IMG/VR virus record: IMGVR_UViG_3300042294_004663
Origin: an uncultured virus (IMG/VR IMGVR_UViG_3300042294_004663)
Lineage: Duplodnaviria; Heunggongvirae; Uroviricota; Caudoviricetes
Reading direction: 5' to 3' (one strand)
DNA length: 20,000 bases
The stretch's first letter is position 1. The number at the start of each line of letters is the position of its first letter. This document shows, piece after piece, positions 16,050 to 20,000 of this stretch. Below the pieces are notes generated by a model, which saw only the letters and a list, made by a program, of their open reading frames with translations, had not been told where the DNA came from and did no database searches. A program made the position numbers and the translations under genes.

Positions 16050-16621
16050 TATTTTTTAAGTGAATTTAGGTATTTAATTACTTCATCTAAAGATTGTTGA
16101 GCACGGTCTTTATCTATCCCACCAACCCATTTTTGTACTTCACCATTTTCAGAAACAAATCCATCCGCTGTATCTATAAGGATATTTTCAAACCAATTTT
16201 TATATTCTTGTATTTGCTGGTCAATTTCAGCATTATATGTTTGTTTAGTATAGTTTTCCCAAGTGCCTGTAATTTTCATTTGGGTTTCTGTTTTAGCTCG
16301 ACAATCTAAACACTCACCATATGCTTTAAAATAAAATGGATCTAATTGTTTATCCATTACTTGTTTACATTTTGGGCAAAATAATGGAACAGCTGCTTTT
16401 TTAATTTTATCTAATTTAGTAACATTTTCTCTAATACCATTTCGAATAGTCCAAGTTTTACCTTTTTCTTCCCAAATGTCACCTTCTTTATGATCTTCTT
16501 GAGTTTCACCATTGTAACCAACCCCCATTGTGGTACGATTACCATGTTTACCTTTTATAAGGTTACGTAAACGTTCTACATCACGTTTTTGGAATTCTTT
16601 TTTTAAAACCGAATCTTTCAT
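16049..16621 (-). CDS. Hypothetical protein with CxxC...CxxC zinc finger
   Basis: CPKC and CLDC; EGDIWEEKGKTWTI motif; TAATG overlaps at both ends. Confidence 0.75.
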   Translation of the reverse strand: MKDSVLKKEFQKRDVERLRNLIKGKHGNRTTMGVGYNGETQEDHKEGDIWEEKGKTWTIRNGIRENVTKLDKIKKAAVPLFCPKCKQVMDKQLDPFYFKAYGECLDCRAKTETQMKITGTWENYTKQTYNAEIDQQIQEYKNWFENILIDTADGFVSENGEVQKWVGGIDKDRAQQSLDEVIKYLNSLKK

Positions 16622-17049
16622 TATTTTTTTAAATTAATACTATCTGTCCATTCTCTGAAGGTCATGGTTCCTAGTTTATTAGCTTCTTCTTCTAATTCAT
16701 ATAGGTAATCATCTTCAGTAATATTGGTGGTAGATATGTCTTTTAAACGGTCATCACAATTTTGCATATGGTGAACCATTTCATGAGAAAATGAACGCAT
16801 TACATCTTTTGGATGACGTCCCATTGTATAAAGTACAATTGTTTTTTCTGTTGGGTTATAATAAGCTGTTTTACCAAAGAAATCTTTAGCGTTTTCAGCA
16901 TCATCTTCTATAAATTTTACTTTAGGTAAAGGACGAATATTCATACCTTTATTTAGCATAAATTTAGTAAGTGATTTAATCATTGGGGGGTAGCTGAATT
17001 TGTTAGGTTCAGCATACATTTCATTTAGTAGAGAGGTTAATTTCGCCAT
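16621..17049 (-). CDS. Zincin-like metallopeptidase (HExxH) with MAKLTSLLNE leader
   Basis: TAYY strand, IVLY strand, SHEMVHHMQ helix and downstream ELEEEAN third-ligand helix. Confidence 0.7.
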   Translation of the reverse strand: MAKLTSLLNEMYAEPNKFSYPPMIKSLTKFMLNKGMNIRPLPKVKFIEDDAENAKDFFGKTAYYNPTEKTIVLYTMGRHPKDVMRSFSHEMVHHMQNCDDRLKDISTTNITEDDYLYELEEEANKLGTMTFREWTDSINLKK

Positions 17050-17060
17050 GATTATACATA

Positions 17061-17825
17061 TCAGACTTCTCTCTTAACGCTCGTTCTAAATTCAGTAAAT
17101 GATGGAGAATGATTAGGATTTTCTAAATCAAATATGGTTTTTACCGTTTTAAATAAATTTAAATCTTCTTCATGAGTGCGAGTAGATTCAACTACTTCCC
17201 AACCTTTACCTTGCATTTTATCCTTTTTAGGTCCTCGTTTAGCTGATTTAAGCCATAGGATACCACGATGATCTATTTTTTTACCAAAACATTCTTCATA
17301 ACACTTTCCATAAACTGCTGTTTGAAAATCATATGTAGTATGTAAATGATTAGATGTTTTAATATCTAATACCCATCTTTTACCTTCAATTTCAACTACT
17401 AAATCACAGGTACCTGCTACTTTCCATTCATCTGAAAATAGATGTACTTCTGTTTCTATAAGTACTGGATTAAATGTTTCCCAAAATTCAACAAAACGTA
17501 AAAACATTTGCCAAATATTAATATCATATTTTGGGTCACCTGAAGTAGATAAAAAGTTTAATTCTTCTCCGTTCAAGTAAGATTCACATAGTCCATGGGT
17601 TTGAGTACCATCTTCAGCAGCTTTTCTAACAATGTAGTCAGCATTATTACCTACTTGTTTTAACCAATCTTCAAAATATTTTCCTTTAGGATAGTATTGT
17701 AAAATATAAGTTATGGATGGGTAATATTCTCCATTACGGCGATAATACCTTGAATCAGGTAAAGTAATTTGTTTAGCGTCTTCTGAGATTTGAAGGATAC
17801 GTTGGTATTGTTTTTTAATAATCAT
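17061..17825 (-). CDS. PD-(D/E)XK exonuclease
   Basis: YPSITYIL, GTQTH, AGTCDLV, LDIKTS and QTAVY motifs. Confidence 0.85.
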   Translation of the reverse strand: MIIKKQYQRILQISEDAKQITLPDSRYYRRNGEYYPSITYILQYYPKGKYFEDWLKQVGNNADYIVRKAAEDGTQTHGLCESYLNGEELNFLSTSGDPKYDINIWQMFLRFVEFWETFNPVLIETEVHLFSDEWKVAGTCDLVVEIEGKRWVLDIKTSNHLHTTYDFQTAVYGKCYEECFGKKIDHRGILWLKSAKRGPKKDKMQGKGWEVVESTRTHEEDLNLFKTVKTIFDLENPNHSPSFTEFRTSVKREV

Positions 17826-18751
17826 ATAATTGATAGTTTTTTCTCCATAAGTTTATACTGTGTTAATGGTTGGGTTGTTTGTATTAATTTAGTAAAATTT
17901 TCAAATCCCATTTCACTAGGATCTTTTCCTTTAAGTTCTACTAAATAAACTTCTTTTCCAATATCTAAAAGTTGCTCACAAAAACCAAGGGCTTTTGAAA
18001 TAGCATCGTTATCTAATGCAATGTATATTTTTTGCACTTTAGATTCTACTAACTTTTTCATTAAAGAAGGTTGAATGTTTTTACCTAAAAGAGGAATTAC
18101 ATTACGTTTAATTGCCATAGCATCAAATGGTCCCTCACATATTATAATAGGTAATTCCCAATTAATAAACAATTCAAACGGTATAATATCGCGAGATGTT
18201 TCAGGATTGCGGTATTTGGTGTAAGGATCTTTCTCAAATGATCTCGCGGTAAAATAATTTAATTTACCGGTATTATCATACGAGGGTATAATAATCATAT
18301 TAGCAAATTGTCCTGAATCACAGTAGCCTATATTGTATTTAAGAATGTCTTGTTTAGTGGTGTTTCTTTTCTTAAGGTAAGAAAAAGCATGTCTTGCTAC
18401 AATATCTTTATTATTGGTAAAAGTTTTAAATTCCTTTGGTAATTCAAGTAAAGTATGTTTTATTTCTCCTATATCTTCAGTAGAAACATTTTTTACAAGT
18501 TTAGAAAGTTCTTGAAAGTAAGAAGCATCAACTTGAATTTGTTTGAATAAACTTTTAATAGTTTTACCTTTTTTACCACAAGCCCAACAAGCCCACTTAT
18601 TAATACCATCTTTATTTTCGGTAAAATTAACTTCAAGTTTTGGTTTATGATGATGGCAAAATGGACATGTGTATGCTTGATTTCCTCGTGCTGTACGTTT
18701 TCCAGTACCTAAAGCACCGTTAACTAAATTAACTAATAACTCATTTACCAT
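17822..18751 (-). CDS. DNA primase (zinc-binding domain + TOPRIM)
   Basis: CPFC..H...CWAC zinc domain, KYRNP, CEGPFDAM, LLGK, ALDNDA and KDPSE motifs. Confidence 0.92.
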   Translation of the reverse strand: MVNELLVNLVNGALGTGKRTARGNQAYTCPFCHHHKPKLEVNFTENKDGINKWACWACGKKGKTIKSLFKQIQVDASYFQELSKLVKNVSTEDIGEIKHTLLELPKEFKTFTNNKDIVARHAFSYLKKRNTTKQDILKYNIGYCDSGQFANMIIIPSYDNTGKLNYFTARSFEKDPYTKYRNPETSRDIIPFELFINWELPIIICEGPFDAMAIKRNVIPLLGKNIQPSLMKKLVESKVQKIYIALDNDAISKALGFCEQLLDIGKEVYLVELKGKDPSEMGFENFTKLIQTTQPLTQYKLMEKKLSII

Positions 18752-18763
18752 AAATTTAAGATA

Positions 18764-18784
18764 TGATATCTTTTTTAGATATCA
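18764..18784. promoter_or_regulatory. Inverted repeat TGATATCT-N5-AGATATCA within a probable primase promoter
   Basis: Perfect 8-bp arms at 18764-18771 and 18777-18784. The minus strand reads TTTG-N19-TATCTTAA just upstream of ATG 18751. Confidence 0.4.
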
Positions 18785-19224
18785 AAATCTTTTCTAAAAA
18801 ACTTACCTAAAATATTATCGTTAAAATATAAATTAGGTTCTTCTAAAACCCTATAAACAAATAAAACTTGCGTTTCATAATATGTTAAAAGTTTTTTAGT
18901 TGGAGCTAATATAAGGATTTCACGTTTAAAATTTTCTATTGGTTCAGTTTTTTTAAGCTCAAGTAATGTTTTATTTGAACCCCAATATTTTTTCCAGTCT
19001 GATTCAGTAATTACCATTTTATAGGAGGCTCTACGGCCAGCTACACCTTCATACATTTCAAGTTCCTTTTTAGTTAACTTTACTTTTTTATTATGATAAA
19101 GTACTTTTTTACCAATATAAGATTTACCTGAAGGTGTATGGGTTATTTTATAAATAAAACCAAAAGTGTTATTTGGGAATTGAGAAAATTCCTTAATTTC
19201 CTCTTTTTTATATATCCAATTCAT
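18775..19224 (-). CDS. GIY-YIG-like endonuclease
   Basis: GFIYKIT...SYIGKK, YWGS, FKREIL, YYE and FNDNI motifs; stand-alone catalytic-type domain. Confidence 0.7.
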   Translation of the reverse strand: MNWIYKKEEIKEFSQFPNNTFGFIYKITHTPSGKSYIGKKVLYHNKKVKLTKKELEMYEGVAGRRASYKMVITESDWKKYWGSNKTLLELKKTEPIENFKREILILAPTKKLLTYYETQVLFVYRVLEEPNLYFNDNILGKFFRKDFDI

Positions 19225-19227
19225 GAT

Positions 19228-20000
19228 TTAAAAATCTAGATTTACTAATATAGAAGTATCAGTAACAGCAGATGTAGGGAGTGGTTGGGCAAGTTTAGCT
19301 ACAGCTAATAAATTATAAGCATTATCATATAAACCTACGGTAGTAACGTAAGGTGAAAAATAAGAACCTGTTGCAAAGTCATATAAAACTCCACTGTTTG
19401 AACTTCCTGAGACTATTGTTGGGTTTTGGGAGAGGTTAAATTCATTCTCTCTTAATGTACATTTATATTGTGTTTCATATATGTTAAGTGAGGAGGAAAA
19501 TGAGCAAGTTATATTTGATCCAGTAGCAAAACTATAAATAAGATTAACAGTGTTTGCTCCATATACTGCATTACCATAAGAACCAGATCCATAAGGGCCA
19601 GTATATGATGTTCCATCACTTGTTACAATTATAATTCCATGTTCGTAAATTACATCACCATATTTTAGTGAATTAAATACCATATTACCTTCACCATCAT
19701 CTTGAAGAGTAATATTTCCATTTGAAATTTTTACAGATCCTGGTTGTAAATATTCACCCCATAAATTAGATGGGATGGAAATTACTCCTATAAGTTCATT
19801 TGATCCTGTTGGGAAATATCTGTTTGGGGGTAAAGTATTAGATAAGTAATTATAGTAACTTGGAGTATATGGGCCTCCAGTTATAGTTCCATCTACGTTA
19901 AAAGAGGCAGTTGTTGTAGGAGAACCATTAGGATTTAAAAGATAATTAGAATAATATAATTCTTTAATAGAACGATATACTAAAATTTGATCTTGAATAT
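19228..20000 (-). CDS. Virion structural protein (tail/baseplate-associated), 5' end outside the window
   Basis: The frame stays open from 19683 to the window edge (...LVYRSIKELYYSNY...GVISIPSNLWGEYLQPGS...QDDGEGN), so the track's start at 19683 is internal. G/S/T/N-rich, ending PYVTTVGLYDNAYNLLAVAKLAQP. Confidence 0.65.
   Translation of the reverse strand, partial: IQDQILVYRSIKELYYSNYLLNPNGSPTTTASFNVDGTITGGPYTPSYYNYLSNTLPPNRYFPTGSNELIGVISIPSNLWGEYLQPGSVKISNGNITLQDDGEGNMVFNSLKYGDVIYEHGIIIVTSDGTSYTGPYGSGSYGNAVYGANTVNLIYSFATGSNITCSFSSSLNIYETQYKCTLRENEFNLSQNPTIVSGSSNSGVLYDFATGSYFSPYVTTVGLYDNAYNLLAVAKLAQPLPTSAVTDTSILVNLDF

Noticed and set aside
1839..16309. Other short plus-strand ORFs (1839, 4636, 8948, 10877, 13865, 14763, 16094) and the nested minus ORF 3263-3532
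   Set aside because: All lie largely or entirely within well-supported minus-strand genes, use alternative starts and show no motifs.
18775..19224. GIY-YIG gene as an intron-encoded mobile homing endonuclease
   Set aside because: Free-standing between intact genes, with no intron structure or split host gene and no C-terminal DNA-binding extension; mobility is unsupported.
571..19230. Possible stop-codon reassignment: none of the 28 gene ends uses TAG (21 TAA, 7 TGA)
   Set aside because: Genes are full length under code 11 with no in-frame TAG interruptions; low TAG use is expected in AT-rich genomes.
1..20000. tRNA genes, CRISPR arrays, introns or inteins
   Set aside because: Intergenic gaps are too short or lack such structures; terminase, portal and primase have normal lengths with no intein motifs.

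Overview
AT-rich, gene-dense segment of a large tailed dsDNA phage with T4-like head and packaging genes. All credible genes lie on the minus strand in standard code 11. In transcription order (right to left): partial virion structural protein, GIY-YIG-like protein, DNA primase, PD-(D/E)XK exonuclease, HExxH metalloprotease, Zn-finger protein, TM+GAF putative holin, then a long cluster of hypothetical proteins. That cluster contains a histone-H1-like gene missed by the ORF track, a metallophosphoesterase + P-loop kinase pair, a cupin, a pyrimidine-dimer glycosylase, an FAD oxidoreductase and a NadR-type kinase. It is followed by an overlapping spanin-like pair, the terminase large subunit, a gp20-like portal and a partial hypothetical gene. 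Bacteroidota-type promoters, lack of Shine-Dalgarno sites, a Q-rule signal peptide and the Hc1-like gene point to a Bacteroidota host (inference). Three signals stand out. (1) About 9 unrelated proteins share an N-terminal leader ending in (L/I)-x-E, reminiscent of T4 capsid-targeting sequences, and most sit behind a shared ATATTTAT motif, suggesting a set of head-packaged, protease-processed proteins. (2) An intergenic H-type pseudoknot overlaps an intrinsic terminator whose loop is itself a promoter -33 box. (3) The spanin-like pair has a non-canonical topology. All family assignments are from motif recognition by eye; no database searches were run.
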